Part shown: positions 12,648-26,812 of the stretch, in pieces | How positions within the stretch are numbered: position 1 is the stretch's first letter | Layout: each line of letters begins with the position of its first letter | Translations under genes and position numbers: made by a program | Source: Camelus dromedarius | Lineage: Eukaryota | Assembly (NCBI RefSeq): GCF_036321535.1 | Contig: NC_087436.1 | Span: forward strand, 70,434,001 to 70,498,000 | Reading direction: 5' to 3' | DNA length: 64,000 nucleotides | The notes under the pieces: model-generated | What the model was told of the DNA's origin: nothing | Database searches by the model: none | Seen by the model: the letters and a program-made list of their open reading frames with translations, nothing else

Positions 12648-15396
12648 ATCCATTTTCTTCCCCAGTTTTAAGTTGCTTACAGCCATTCTCAATTTCTTTT
12701 AAAGAAATGAGAATACTAGGAATGAACTAAGAAAAATAATTTATCTACATATTTGTTATACAGCGAGCCATAGAAGATGGGGATTATATGGAATACTTAG
12801 CAAATATCAAGCCGAGTCAATGAGAAGTTTTGTCTTAGCTGTTTTGACGTTACCTTATTTTTGGGTTGAACAGCGTGTTGCAGGTTCCGTGCAGAATGCC
12901 ATAGTTACTTTTGTTATGTGAGCCAGGAGCCTCACTCTCACTTGAGCAACCAGCAGTTTTTTTTTTTTTTTCCTCTTGAGATTAAGAATGTCAAACACGT
13001 TTAAGATTTCACTTACAAATTAAAAAAAAAAAATTTAGTAGGGGGAATGTTTGGGAGGGGTGAATATGGATAAGAGACTTAAGGTTGACTAATAGATGTG
13101 TAAAAGGTATTAATGTTTAAAGTGGTAAAAATTCATCTCATAATAAGCCCTTTCTAAAACCAAAGATGACTTTTAAAACTGCATTTTGGGGATTAAAATA
13201 CATAAACCCTCTTTTTAGAGAAATGTGGCTGAGCTTGATGTAATGGAAACAAGTCTCATATCCAAGATTATGTCAGTACAGCTTTTAATTTTCAAAAACA
13301 TGAAATTATGACATTTGTATATATGGTCTTTCACTGTGTAAGAGACATGAAGTAAAAAATAGTATTTCGGACAAAATTATTTATGAGTTCCAAAATGGAC
13401 ATAGGTAAGAATGAGTTCTACTCTTGTGTAGTCAATCCCAAACTGACCACAGTTACCATGTGATGGTTTTCCGGAGCATGGCCTGATAGTGACTCTCTAA
13501 AAACCACTTCACGTTCCCTCTATTTTGAATGCAGGTGGATTTTGATGTGGTTTTTAGCTATGCTCTGGTGAATAGAAATTCTCAATCTTGGGCTGTTGTT
13601 TTGAGTTTTAAAATGAGTAAATTAAAACCAGAATATATTGTAGATAAAAAGGAAAAATTGTCTAAAAAAACCAGCTTTTTATTTAAATAGAATGACATTA
13701 CTTTCATTTAGAGTATTAATCAAGGTTAATCAGTTCTTAGATTATTCATCTAAATTTGTACATGTAATGCAGTCATGGACATCTAAATAAATATGTCTGC
13801 TTAAATGATCACTAATACAGTAGAAATACATTAAACTAGGTGTTAATTAATCTCACAGTTTTACAAATGAAATGTTTAGTAGATTCACTGTTTATTATAT
13901 TTTTTAAATAAAAAGCAGAAAGGAAAGATATGTAGTAAACATCTCACTGTAAATTCCAGCAAAACTACATTATTAGAATTTACATCTTCTCTGAAAATTA
14001 AGGACTAGTTTTTTACTCACAGGACACTCAAAGGTTGACTGAAAGGAAAAGAGTATTCTGTATGGGTGTCAGTTCTTTGGTCTAATGGTGTAAATGAAAT
14101 GGGAAAAAAAATGAGAAAGAAATCATGGACTTAAGACTAATGGTTCAATTTCCAACAGTAAACCTGGTGAGTTCACTTTAAGTGCGGTTTGCTGCAAATT
14201 GATGGTGATTTTTAGCACTTAGCTTCTTATCTCCAAAGCACTTTCCAAATGTTGAATAATTAATTGCCACCCACCCCCGGTGGGGGTGGAATAGCAAGCC
14301 TGTTTCTGTTTACCAGGAAACCATTATGGCAGAGTCTGGAAATGTTGATTTTTATTTTTAGAGGTTTCTGTGCTTTCCAAGGTGACAAGCTCTTTAATGC
14401 TGTCCTGGTTTCCAATGGCAGGGTCATGGGAAGAGTAACCAAGGTTGTTGAATACTTGAAAACTTTTTCTTCTCATTGTTGCCATTGTTTTCATCTCATG
14501 CCTACCTGCTCATCATTTTGGAACATAATTTACCAAAATTAGAGCAGTAAGTATTTGTCGGTTTAGTCTCTGAAGTTAGTATAGTTGCATCTCACTTGGT
14601 AAATTCAGAATTCGGGAAGCCTGGTGGAATGATGAGAGCAAGTCTACGGGGCAGAAAAGTCACATTCCGAAAATGGTTTTAAAAGATCAATGAATCTTTG
14701 AAACTGCAGTTTTTGTAACTTTAACTTAACCTTGGAGTCTGAGGAATAATGAATATAGACTATATATATACTTAATAGTGTATTATGGGCAGTTGAGCTC
14801 TGTGACATATATAGAGGACAAACTTGAACAAGTAAGAAGATGAGAGGCTAATTTAGCGTAGAATGAAGTGCATCTTTGAATACTGGCGTTAATACATCAG
14901 GAAGGAGTTTGAGAAGAGAGAGGTCTTGAGGGAAGGTGCGATATCACAGGAGCCTTGAGGAGGGTGGGCGAGCAGAAGTGATGAGATGGCTTGGGGGGGT
15001 GACCACGGCCCACCAGATGATAATACCTGTGTTAGCCAGATGAATTCCTGGCCTGTTTGTGTTGCCAGCGTCAAGATGTCTACTGATTAGCTCTCTGGAG
15101 AGATGCAGTGTGAAGTCCCTGTGGCAGACGCTGAAGGCTCTCCACCCCTCAGGTTCTCAACCTTTGAATAGAAAAGAGCCAGGGCCTTTCTTTAAGAGCA
15201 ATTAACCCCTTTATGCCTTGAGAAACTCACCAGATAACAAAGAGAATGGTGTGGTGATTGTTTCTGATGAGTGCTGAGTTTCTTTGCATATGATTAACAC
15301 CTTTAAAGGCAGGACAGAGTTCCATTCCTCTCCTTGTTTCGAGGACATGAAGCCCTAGGAATCTTAGAAGCCTCGGCTCATACCTCTAATGCAGGG

Positions 15397-15555
15397 ATAG
15401 ATTCTTAATTTTGAGGTCTGGAGTCCTAAGGGGGGCCTTCTGAACCCCCAGATATTGAATCCAGAATTTGTACCTATACGTGTTTTTGGAAAAGTGCATC
15501 TGAAGTATTCATGTTGTTAAAGTGGCGACATACACAAAACATTGAATATCTAGTC
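15397..15555. mobile_element. hAT-Charlie non-autonomous DNA transposon relic (MER103C-like)
   Basis: ttcttaattttgaggtc..gggggg..tgaacccccagatattgaatccagaatttg..tttttggaaaag; followed by tctaga, a typical hAT target. Confidence 0.5.
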
Positions 15556-16120
15556 TAGACTAGTGTCCCTTAAGAATGTTTACTCAGCCCCCTCGGAATA
15601 ATGAAACAAATATTAGTGTCGAGCTATCTTCTCCCCCCAAATCTCAGTGGGAAGGAAGTGAGAGCCTGTCTACTTTAGGATATTACCTTTAAAAATCTAA
15701 TGTTTTCATTATTATCGGAAGCATCAGAAAGTGCAGTGAGGCAATCAAAACCAGTGAACACGGTTATTTAACTACAGTACATTAAATTTGGAAAGATAGT
15801 GATCAAGTCTGGCTTATCTACAATCAGTCTTGGGGCTCTCTTACTATCAGATCTGAAGAAGGTGTGCCCATAAGGATATGGCAGCTTCCATTGTGCATTT
15901 GTAATTCAGCTTACTTTCCGACATGACCACATGACGTGCTCTGGTAGCATTTTTGTGGGAAACTGCTCATTGAAGACATACACATGGGAAGCAGGGGAGT
16001 TCTTTGCTTCCTTGTGGTTCCTTTTTAAGCAATGTAGTTGCTTTCCTGAATAGTTGTAGATTAACTTAATTTTTTTGTAAATAAGATAATGCTTATATGA
16101 AATTTTACAAATAAGATCTT

Positions 16121-16669
16121 TTTTCCCCTCATTTTTAGAAAATTGAAGTGTAGTTGATTTACAATGTTCTATTAGTTTCTGATGTACAACATAGTGATTC
16201 AGATATATATATATATGCCCACACACATATTCTTTTTTATATTCCTTTTCATTTTAGGTTTCTACAAGCCATTACATATAGTTCCCTGTGCTATATAGTA
16301 GGACCTTGCTGCTTATCTATTCTATACATAGTAGTTAGTATCTGCCAATCCCAAGCTCCGAATTTATCTTTCTCTCCCTCCTTCCCCCTCTGGTAACCAT
16401 AAGTGTGTTTTCTGTGTCTATGAGTCTCTTTCTGTTTTATAAATAAGTTCATTTGTGTCTTTTTTTTTTTTTTAGATTCTACATATAAGTAATATATGAT
16501 ATTTATCTTTCTCTGTCTGGCTTACTTTTAGTGTAAAAATCTCTAGGTCCATCCGTGTTGCTGCCAATGACATTATTTCATTACTTTTTATGGCTGAGTA
16601 GTATTCCATGGTATAAATATACACCACATTTTCTTTATCCATTCATCTGTCAATGGACATTTAGGATGC
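16121..16669 (-). mobile_element. L1 3' end with TSD
   Basis: attgaagtgtagttgatttacaatg...tttttatggctgagtagtattcc...atccattcatctgtcaatggacatttagg; TSD aca(a/g)ataagatctt at 16107-16120 and 16670-16683. Confidence 0.9.
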
Positions 16670-17013
16670 ACAGATAAGATCTTGATTACAACTTATTAGG
16701 GGAAGCTTCATATATAAAGGAATACTGCAATATAAGAGAATTGGTAAATACTAGTGCAAAATATTACCAAAAATTTAAGATTCTTTATTTGAGTTCACAG
16801 CTGGCCCTTGATGGGCAGGGGTTTAATAACTTCATGAAAATAGAGCATGTTAAGAATCATTAGCTTATAACGTCAGAGTCTTATTATATATGCTTATCTA
16901 AAAAGAAGGCTTCTACAGTTTTGAAGATTTTGGACAACCTCAGACATTTAAAGGCAGGTCATTGATAAAGAATGAAATGATACAACAAAATGGAGCTCAA
17001 AATTGTTTAGGGC

Positions 17014-17362
17014 TGCTATGGTCTGAAAGTTTGTGTGCCCCCAAAATTCATATGTTGGAATCTTAATTCTCAAAGGTGATGGTATTAGTAGGTGTGGCCT
17101 TTGGAAGGTGATTAGGTCATGAGAATGGAGCCCTTGTGAATGAGATTTGTGCTTTTATGAGATTCCCACAGAGCTGCCTGGCCCCTTCTGCCATGTGCGG
17201 ATATAGTGAGAAGTCTGCACCCTGGAACAGGGCCCTCACCTGACCAGGCGGGCACCTGGATCTCAGACTTCCAGCCTCCAGAACTGTGAACAATAAATTT
17301 TTGTTGTCTATAAGCTTCTCATCTATGATATTTTGTTACAGAATCCTGAAGGGATTAAGACA
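17014..17362 (+). mobile_element. Solo MaLR LTR, MLT1A-type
   Basis: TG...CA ends; tgctatggtctgaa..cccccaaaattcatatgttg..cagacttccagcctccagaactgtga..aataaa..taagaca; perfect 5-bp TSD agggc (17009-17013, 17363-17367). Confidence 0.92.
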
Positions 17363-17368
17363 AGGGCT

Positions 17369-17495
17369 AAAAGTTCTCTAGATTTATTACACAATGATGT
17401 AAATATATTTAACACTACTGAACTGTACACTTAAAAATGGCGAAGATGGAAAATTTTATGTTATGTGTTTTTCACCAAAATTAAAAATAAAAGAA
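17369..17495 (+). mobile_element. Short L1 (L1MA/MB-type) 3' terminus
   Basis: aacactactgaactgtacacttaaaaatgg..gatggaaaattttatgttatgtg..A-rich tail. Confidence 0.8.
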
Positions 17496-17775
17496 TTTAG
17501 GGCTGAGTACAGTGCTTGATAAACAATGTATTAGATTTAACAAATACCTAAGAAGATAAGAACCAGTAACTCTCAATTAACTGAAGGCCTGGAATTGAAT
17601 ATATGGATGGGAATCTATGAATAATCCATGAATCTCATTATGATCAGTAGTTGGAACTATTTCACCCCTGAAGTGCACATTTATTTTGATTATGTATATG
17701 AAAAAAAGGAGAGGGTAGTTTCTTACTCTATTGATTGGTTTGGTTTTCATTTCCTCTACCATAATTATCTCCTGG

Positions 17776-18022
17776 AGGCAAATCATGTAGTGGTTAAGTA
17801 TTCAGCCTCTGGCATCAGACTGGAAGGTCATATTGCTTTGCCATTTATGACTGTGGTCTTGGGCAAGTCAGTTAGCATCCCTGTGCCCCTCATCTGTAAA
17901 ATAAGCATCCCAATAGTACTGATTTCATAGCGTTGTAGAAAATCAAATGCTATAAATGCTGTAGTATATATTGACAGCAGTGCCTGTCTCATGGTAAAGA
18001 CTTAATAATAGTTTATTGCTGC
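17776..18022 (+). mobile_element. MIR SINE
   Basis: gtagtggttaag..ctgtggtcttgggcaagtca..cctcatctgtaaaat..cagtgcctg. Confidence 0.8.
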
Positions 18023-18366
18023 TTTTGGAGAGATGCCTGCCAATAAGATTGATAAGATACTGCAGGTTGAAAGGACAGCATGAAGAAATGAGATGTTGGC
18101 TGTGTTCCAGATGCTATAATCATCCCTTGAATAAATGAGAATTGATGGTTTACATTATTGACACTAGTGTGAAGTCTCTTGGAGATGTTTCATTTGATTT
18201 AATATGTCTAGACACATGGGTCTTCCAGATAGAATATTTCTAAGCCTATTAATTCAGAATTATAAAAATTAAAGAAATCTGTAACCATGAGTGAGGATAA
18301 ATTTATAGGATGTGGTTCTTTAACCTTAAAAGAAAGTATGCCTGTAGGTGCAAATCGCTGTCATTT

Positions 18367-18371
18367 CACAG

Positions 18372-18405
<34 letters not shown>

Positions 18406-18418
18406 ACACACACACACA
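18367..18418. repeat. (CA)n microsatellite, interrupted
   Basis: Directly visible. Confidence 0.95.
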
Positions 18419-21400
18419 AACTAAACAAGGGTCACCGACTGTGAAGTGCACTTTAAACTGTTGAAATCAGATCGTTTAGTGAATAAATGTAATTTTCATC
18501 TTTCTTCAGTGATGAAGGAAGCTCTGAAAGTGGGAAAGTGATGCAGAATTTGCTACTTCAAACCCCCCTTTACGAATCACTCCATGGTCTTCCAAACATC
18601 TTTGTATTTTTAAGAACTGCATGAAAGCCTTTTTTCCTTTTGTAGAAAAAATTAGTGCTTGAATTCCATTTTTTCTCTTCTTTCATTTACATTTGGGTTT
18701 AAAAAATTTTTGGAAGGCTTCCTTCCTTTGAGAAATGAAAGTAATATGATATATCAAGTTTATTACATATATCTTATTATTGGTTAATCATATTTTTAGA
18801 AATAAAAACTGATGATTGGAAATAAAATCTGACATTACACATTTTATCACATTACATTAAAAGAACTGTGCTGTAGTGTGTGGAAGCAAACTTGGTTCTG
18901 TTTTTTATGCTAAAATCTTATAATCTCATTTAATGATTTATCAATTATGGTTTTCCTTCCTATTGTGATATGTGCTTTCATTATTATCATCTGGAATCTT
19001 CCATTTGAAATCACCTTCCTGTTTATTATGGTTGTGTGAAAAGCAAGCTAACTTAATTAATTTAGGTTCTAGCATGTTGGAATCAGTTTTGCAGGTCATC
19101 TGTATCATCTCTTTAGGATCCCAGATGCTACTGAGAAAACCCTCATTTGGATCTATGGTAATCCTTTGCCATGACCGAAAAATGTTTGACATGAGATGAA
19201 ATGAATTTCTCTCAGCCTTTTTTCTGGAGTTTCTAGACTTGATAGTAAGAAAGGGAATGACTAGTTTTTTGTTTGTTTGTTTGTTTCTTTTTGGCTGTTG
19301 AATAACCATTAACTGGCTTAAGAGGAAATCATGGCATTTATATAGACACTGTAAAGAAGCAATGACCTATAAATGTACTCAAAGTGACAACTGCAAGAAA
19401 TATTGAAGTGCTTTTGAGCAAGTTGAGTTTGTAACCAATGTATTGTATGTGTTAAAATGACTAACCATTAATAATTTTTCTGGACAAATTTTTTTATGGG
19501 TTATTTATCACAAAAGATCATATATCTTGTGATCTCTGCCTCCCTCCTTCCACTCCCCACCCCAGCCCCACGTAGAAGCTTAAGGAAATTAACCCAACTG
19601 AGGAGAATGCTTCCTTCTTGCTACTGGGAATGCTGTGTTTGTAGACAAAAAGGATGAAGAAGTATCTCTGTTAATCTTGAATAAGTAGAGTTCTTGGAGT
19701 TTGAAGCTCTGCAAAATTGTCTGTTAATGAGTCTTTCTACCTCAGTAGGCTATAATCTCCTATGAAGTGGCTGTGTCTTCCTCATTTTTTATTGTCACCA
19801 GTCTGTGGCTTGGACTGCCAAGTAGGGCCTCAATAAAAAGTTTAAGTGAGCTGAAGTGGAGGTATACAACCGTAGTAACACAGTCAAAAAGTGAAAAAGA
19901 AACAGTGTTGGATAATCAAATTTCCAAAGAATGGTCTGAAAAATCTGAACAGACTTCAGACCAAATACACGACAAAGAAAACTCACATTCAGAATGTTTT
20001 TCTTTGTAATTTATCTTGGGAACGTTTATTCATTTGCAGGTCCATGTGATTTCTAGATTGCTTTCAGATAATATCTTTGTATGCCAGGGTGACTGCATCA
20101 TATACTTTTACTGCAAAAACATCTTCATTAAACAGTTTATCTTTTCATAATCACCTTCCCTCTTTTCGTTTGCTTACGCCTACAGATTTTGGGCTTTGGC
20201 TGGTGATTTAAGAAGGATTTATAATTTATTTGCTTTTAACAATATAAAGACATAGTGATACTCCTCTGATTTTATACCATGGTAAATTTAGATCTGTCAT
20301 TACCATGCTTTATTTAAAATACAGTGGTTTTTATAGACCTCTGAAACGCCAAACAGTTTGCAAAATGAAAACATCAAAGTGGTGCATGGGAGTTTACACC
20401 CAGAGGTACTTTTATCAGAGAGATAGATAGATATTTTGGGTCTGTAACAGATTTCTGTCCATATTATCAAGAATATGCTGGCACAAAGTAACAGTGACCT
20501 TAGTGTTGCTGCATTTGAAAGTTTTAAAAACACGTGGGTATGTTTAACACGACTTCCTGATGTATGTGGGCATGAACCTGAGGAATGGGAACCCTAGCCC
20601 TGGAGTCAGGCAGATGGACCTCTACAGATCTGTCTTGCTAAGAAGGTAGAATATTCGGTAATTTAAACCCCCGTAGGTTGGGAGTAAACACACATTGAAA
20701 ATACTGTCTCTGGAATTTTTTTTTTTTTTAAATAAAGAGCTCATATTGCTTCATGGATCTTATCAGAACCACATAGCATTCTCAGGCCTGAGGTTATGCA
20801 GAAGTGAGCTCTGTTGCTTATAGTTGAGGAAACAGGTACAAAGAAAGCAGAGGCTTGTCTGGAGTCATCTAAGTCGGGGGCTGTAAGATTTACAACCAGC
20901 TTCGTGGTTGTGATGACCGCAGTGCTGTGTCACCACGGAAGTCAGCCAGCTGTCAGGAGGCCGCATGGGCCGTTTACAAGACAACTTAGATGCCATCTAG
21001 GAAAAATCTCACTTTCCCACCTTTGCTTGTCCAAGTATGTCTGCCCTCATAGAGTCTGTCTTCCATCTGAAATAATCCAGGCCTCATTCCAAAATTTTCT
21101 AATTCCCCCCTGAAATTTTGAGGTCCATGTCTCTATTATCCTTCTCTGATTTGGAATACTCTGGTATTTTCTTAGTGTCCTGTGCACTGAGCTTTGGTTT
21201 CTCACTTGGTGAGACACACAGTTCGTTTTAATATAGTCAACCTCCTCTGTTTAATCCTCGGGATAAGGAATGGATCTGGGCAAAACCGTGTCTGCCTGGG
21301 AAAGCAGCAAGGAAGGGGCCCAGTCCTCTGGGGCTGGGCAGAAGGCGGGGTCGCCCTTGCTTGGGGCAGAGGGTGGATACCGACGCTGACCTGCACTGGT

Positions 21401-23324
21401 CCGAGGGACTCACCACAAAACAGAGAAAAGCCAGGAGGTCACTAAGACCCACATTGGATTCCACGGGGCAGGGCTACGTTGGGGTTGAAAAACTGGGATG
21501 TGAAGCCTGAGGCAGAGGTGGAGGGGGCGACTGTGGAGGTGGTGGCCTGTATTCCAAAATGGTAAAAAAGTGAGAACTGAGTCTAAGGCCTGACGACAGC
21601 TCAGAATTCAGTCTTGTCCTCCGTGCCCTGCGTGACTGACTTGCGTCTAATTTGTACCTTCTTTTATTCTCATTACTAGCAGTAATCCTGATTTTGCCTC
21701 CTTGCCTCCTATTGGCCTGTGAGGCAGCTCTTGATGTGTTACAAGGAGTTAGTAAAGCAGAAGTAGAGGGCTCTGTTCTTATTTTTGGGATTTGCAGACA
21801 CAGGTGAGCTCTGCTTCCAGGCTGGTGGGCTGGAAGGCAGAGGCCTCTTTTGCCTGCACACAGGCCCATTCTGCTGTGGAGAACTGGATTTTCACCGCAC
21901 ACCAGTTCTCCTAATGAACAGTCATTTCCGTGGCTGTCCTGCTGATGGCATTGACAGATGCAGGGAAAGATGGAAAAGGAGGAAGGAAACCTCCCTCTTC
22001 TCTGCTCCCACTCAGGTTGCTCCCTCGCAATTGGCGCTCACTCCTCAATCATTTTCTCCATGTGGCCCCCAGGCACCCAGATGCGTCCCTGTACACTCTG
22101 TGAGTGTCCCGTGTGGAGAACTGAACTGCGTGGGGCTCCCTCTCTGACATCAGCTGACCCCGGGCTGAGGGGTGTAGAAGGGCCTTCAGCTGTGGCCGCC
22201 TCCCTTGGTTTACGCAGCCCTGTACACAGTACTTCAGAAAGTGTGTCATCCTCAGCCTGGGATGACGCTGGCCAACAGCTGTTAGAAAAATAATGGCCCC
22301 GTGGAGGAGGGGAAGGGACTGAGGGGGGATGGTTGTTCATGCTGCTCCAGGTGCACTGTGGATTTTCTAAGCTGTTAACATCTCTTGATCAAAAAGTTGG
22401 TGAGCAAGAGAAAAAAGAAGTTTGGATTCATTTACTAATGCTTCTGAATCTTTTTCATGTCATAGAATGCTTAGGAAGTAATAATATTTGTACAGTAGTC
22501 TGGGGTCAACAGTCTAGACATCTTGTTGCTGGAGGTGACGGGCCTGGAGCCCTGCCTGCTAGCCCCCTGGAGTGAGGGATGGACGTCTCAGCCCACCTGC
22601 AACGTGATCCCAGCACACTGGCCGGGAACCATCAGGAGTCACGGTTGACCAGGAAGCACTTCTCAGTCAAATACATTCTTTACTGGGAGCATGGGTTATG
22701 ATTTTGTTTCTGCTGTGATCTCTTCATGTGCTTGGAACTTCCTTTTGTCTGAACTGTCTCATCTCTAATCTAGACTCAATAAAATACCTATCTTCGTATT
22801 AGCTATTAAGCAGGCTGAGAGAATAAATTGTGTGAACTCTTTGAGCACCTTGCAAGAAATACCCTAGATGATTGCGGTGGTATCTTAGCACTCTGGAAGT
22901 CATTTTGTCTGTCCTGTCCTCTCGTTAGTCCTGTCAGTTGTAGACTAAAACATCACAGATGGGCTTGTTTTGTTTTTGTTTTTTTTTGGTGGGGGGAGGG
23001 TGGAGAATTCATTAATTTGTTCTTTACTGCTTTTTAGTTTACTAAGAACTTTGTATTCTGGTCCTGTCCAAAGTGCAGATGGTTGTGCTTTCCAAACAAC
23101 TTATTGTCATAATAGCACCCATTTAGAATAATCGATACATGCTCTCAGTGTCACTATTTTCGGCATCATTGGTTTAGTCCCTGAGGAGCAGGTGATGCTC
23201 TTCCACTGATAACTCTGGGTCTGCTCCTCTAGGACCCTCCATCCACCTCATACCTTTCCCTGGTCACTAAGGTTGGGGGACACAGCAGATGGACCCTGTG
23301 CCGGGCACAGTGAGGGCGATGATT

Positions 23325-23535
23325 CGGGTCAGAAAGATCTGAGTGTGAATTTCCTCTCTTAGGCTCTGCTTTCTGGGGCCTTTCCCTTCATCTCTCTGAG
23401 ACTAGGCTACTTCCTAAATAAAATGGAGCTAATGGTAACTCTGGGGCTTATACATTATTGTAAAGCTCACAAGTGAACCATTTACAGGGACCAGAGCACA
23501 GTGGGTGCGTAACAAGTGTATGAGTAATTATCATT
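23325..23535 (+). mobile_element. Degenerate MIR
   Basis: agatctgagtgtgaat..ctctctgag..taaaatggagctaatggta. Confidence 0.55.
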
Positions 23536-24109
23536 GTTGATAATTCTTTAGTCGTCATACAGAGTCAGTAGTTTTATTATACAAGAGAAATTATTATTGC
23601 TCATCTACCAAGTTTGTCATTTCTATTTTAGGAAATCATTAATTTCAGAAAATTAGCTATTTTAGTGAAGGCCCTGGGATACATTTTTTTCTTTCTTTTC
23701 TTGCTTCCATCCCTCTGTCACTTCTATTTTTTATTTTTCTTTTATTCCGATTTAAAAACATTGGCATTTGAAGTCATTTTCCAAATTTTCCTTAGTTACC
23801 AAAGTTCTGTGTCTTTGGCAGGTCTGTGTTTCACAGGGTGACCACCTTTCAAAAATACTCTGCTGGCTTGTTTCCAGCCATTTTCCCAGTGAGTCCTCTG
23901 AGTATCACCAACAGGTTGACAAATTGACCTCTGGTATATTGAGAGGTATGTGCCTGCTGACCTCTTTCCTCGATGCCCCTGCCCTTTGCGTAAGGTTTAC
24001 AGGAGGGAAACTCTCTCATCCTTTGTTCCTGGCTCCCACCCTGGGACTCATAAGCTTAGAAAAGACTTTGGAAGAACTGCCTGGTTATTCCTCCTATCCC
24101 ATGCAGGGG

Positions 24110-24400
24110 CGGAGGCATGGCATGAAGGCACTGGAATCAGGCAGAGCTGGGTTTGAATTTCCTCTCTGCCAGTTGCTAGCAGGGTGACCTTCGTGGACTC
24201 GTGCCTGTCTGGGAGAAGTTAAGGACCTTGCTGCACAGTAATACTCACTGCCGGGGTGGTCGGCCCACTCGCTCCAGGCCAAGCAGTGTGGCTTTGTGTA
24301 TGTTGTCTTGTAACTTCACCTCAACTGAGCAGTGTAGGTATTACTAAACCATTTTTCAGATGAGGACATTGAGACTTAGAGAATTCATACATAACTTGAA
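24110..24400. mobile_element. Two MIR fragments in opposite orientation (~24110-24195 +, ~24285-24400 -)
   Basis: ctggaatcaggcagagctgggtttgaat..; ccatttttcagatgaggacattgagacttagaga. Confidence 0.6.
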
Positions 24401-24419
24401 TTACTTTATAAAATTTCTT

Positions 24420-24867
24420 TTTAAAAATTGAAGTATAGTTGACTTACAACGTTATATGAGTTTCAGTTGTATAGCATAGTGATTTAATATTTTCATAGAT
24501 TATACTCTATACTTCATGTGAAATTATTGTAAAATGTTGAGCGTATTCTCTGTGCTGTACAATATACCCTTGTAACTCACTTATTTTATACATAGTAGTT
24601 GTACCTCTTAATCCCCTACCCCTGTCTTGCCCATCCCCTCTTCCTTCTCCCCACTGGTAACCACTGGTTTGTTCTCTATGAGTCTGTTTTTGTTTTGTTA
24701 TACTCATTAGTTTGTTTTATTTTTTAAATTCCACATATAAGTTATGTCACACTGTATTTGTCTTTCTCTGTCTGACTTATTCACTAAGCATAATAGCCTT
24801 CAGGCCCATCCATGTTGTTGCAGATGGCAGAATTTCATTCTTTTTATGGCTGAATAATATTCCATTT

Positions 24868-24932
<65 letters not shown>

Positions 24933-25345
24933 TCACATCTTTATGCATTCGTCTGTTGATGGACACCTAGGTGGCTTCCTTGGCAATTGTATATAATGCT
25001 GCTATGAGCAAGGGAGTTCATGTCTCTTAGAATTAGTGTTTGCATTTTCTTCAGCTATATATCCAGGAGTGGAATTGCTGGATCGTACTCTTGGTAGTTC
25101 TATTTTTAGTTTTTTGAGGACCTTCCATACTGTTTTCCATGGTGGCTGCACCAATTTACATTCCCACCAACAATGTACTAGTGTTCCCTTTTCTCCACAA
25201 ATATCCGTGCCAATATTTGTTGTTTGTAGATTTTTTGATTTGCATTTCTCTAGTATTAGTGACATTGAGCATCTTTTCATGTGCCTGTTGGCCACTTGTA
25301 TATCTTCTGAAAAATGTCTATTCAGATCTTCTGCCCATTTAAAAA
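24420..25345 (-). mobile_element. L1 3' region including decayed ORF2 C-terminus
   Basis: Minus-strand ORF 25002-25295 reads [10 protein letters not shown]...[35 protein letters not shown], the L1 ORF2p C-terminal domain; typical 3' UTR follows. Confidence 0.93.
24869..24932. repeat. Compound (CT)n(AT)n microsatellite inside L1
   Basis: Directly visible. Confidence 0.95.
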
Positions 25346-26624
25346 ATTTTTATTTATTTATAATTAAATAAATACTTATGTATAAATATATATTATAGAA
25401 TATATAATTTTAATTTTAATTTTTAATCATATAAAAATTCCTTACTGATTTTTTTTTAGAGGATCAAAATTGGACACAGAATACTACTCCAGATTTTGTC
25501 CAGACATCAAGTTTCTTTCCTTAAGTAGACTTAATCCTTACTAAGAGTGAATAAGATTTTTCTACAAATGCTTGGGCCAGTGACAAAACAGTGCAAGTCA
25601 GTAGTGTAATGAAGCAATAAATGATTTGGCTAATAACAAAATTGCATCTATATAGGTTTGCAGGTTGTTTTTTATCTGTAGGTGCTTATTCTATGCTTGC
25701 CTTTCAAAGCCCATCGTAAACGGAATGATTCTGTGAATGTAGCAGCAACAGGCAATGCTCAGCTGGTCATCGCTTCCTTTTGGTGTAAGTGCCATCATTT
25801 GTCCTTAGCCAGTCTTTCCTGGTGTTGACTCTTGGTTTTATAGAACTGTTAGCACAGGCAGGGAGACTTACAGAACAGACTTGGAGGACTCTGTCAAGGC
25901 TGGAATGGGGTGGTGACAGTCTGACTTTGCACTGTTTCGGGCTCTTCCTTTTCAGCTTGGCTCCAACTAGTAAGCTGGGAGGACTGTGAAAGTTAAAACG
26001 AATGGACATTGGAGAGAAGGTAATCTTAACTTCTTCTGAGACTCTTCTTCACAAAGGGAATTGTCTTCTTATACTTCAGTAAAGAAGTAATTCTTTCTTT
26101 TTAACTAGTGAAATTGATTCAAGTTGGTAACAGTTCACAAGCAAGTCCCAAATCTCTAGAGAGGGAATGTTATGACGCAGAACAGATCTTTTAAGAACTG
26201 ACTGATGTTTTACTTTGGTCTTTGGCTGTTATGTGTTTATCCAGATAATTGATTTTTGAGATAAGGAGAAAAGAAAATGTAGTAACTTGCCTTAGACAAT
26301 GTGTGTATGTAATTTTTTCTTGGAGTAGGTTTGTCTCAACTGATTGTGGTTAGTTTTATTTGTGATTATCTATTAGAGATAACACTGCTATTTATCCTCT
26401 AATTTTGGTTATTTGTTTGATGACCTTTCTAACCAAATACATGCTGCTTCCAACTCATTTTTGGAATGTAGTCATTATATATGGTTATTTGAATCTCAAA
26501 ATGTATTTCCTCAGAGAAAACAGTATTAGAATGATGCTTAAGATTCTATTCGAGCCCACAGAAGCCTATTTCATTCATTCTCTAGCAAAACAATGCTTTT
26601 AGTGCTATACTGTTATTAGTTATT

Positions 26625-26812
26625 TCAATTCTATTAGCTGATAACGTATATAGATTACATCACTATATGCCCTTAACTGCTTACGTCTTTAAGTCTCAAT
26701 TTCATTGTCCATAAAATGAGGATATTAATAGCACTTATTTCATGGACTGGTAATAAGTTTTAAATAATTCATACAAAGCACTTATTGTATTAGCTTTTAT
26801 TATTATTACTAT
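26625..26812 (+). mobile_element. Degenerate MIR
   Basis: tctttaagtctcaatttcattgtccataaaatgaggatattaatagcacttatttcat. Confidence 0.6.

Noticed and set aside
25002..25295. 97-aa minus-strand ORF as a host gene
   Set aside because: Decayed L1 ORF2 C-terminus with an internal deletion.
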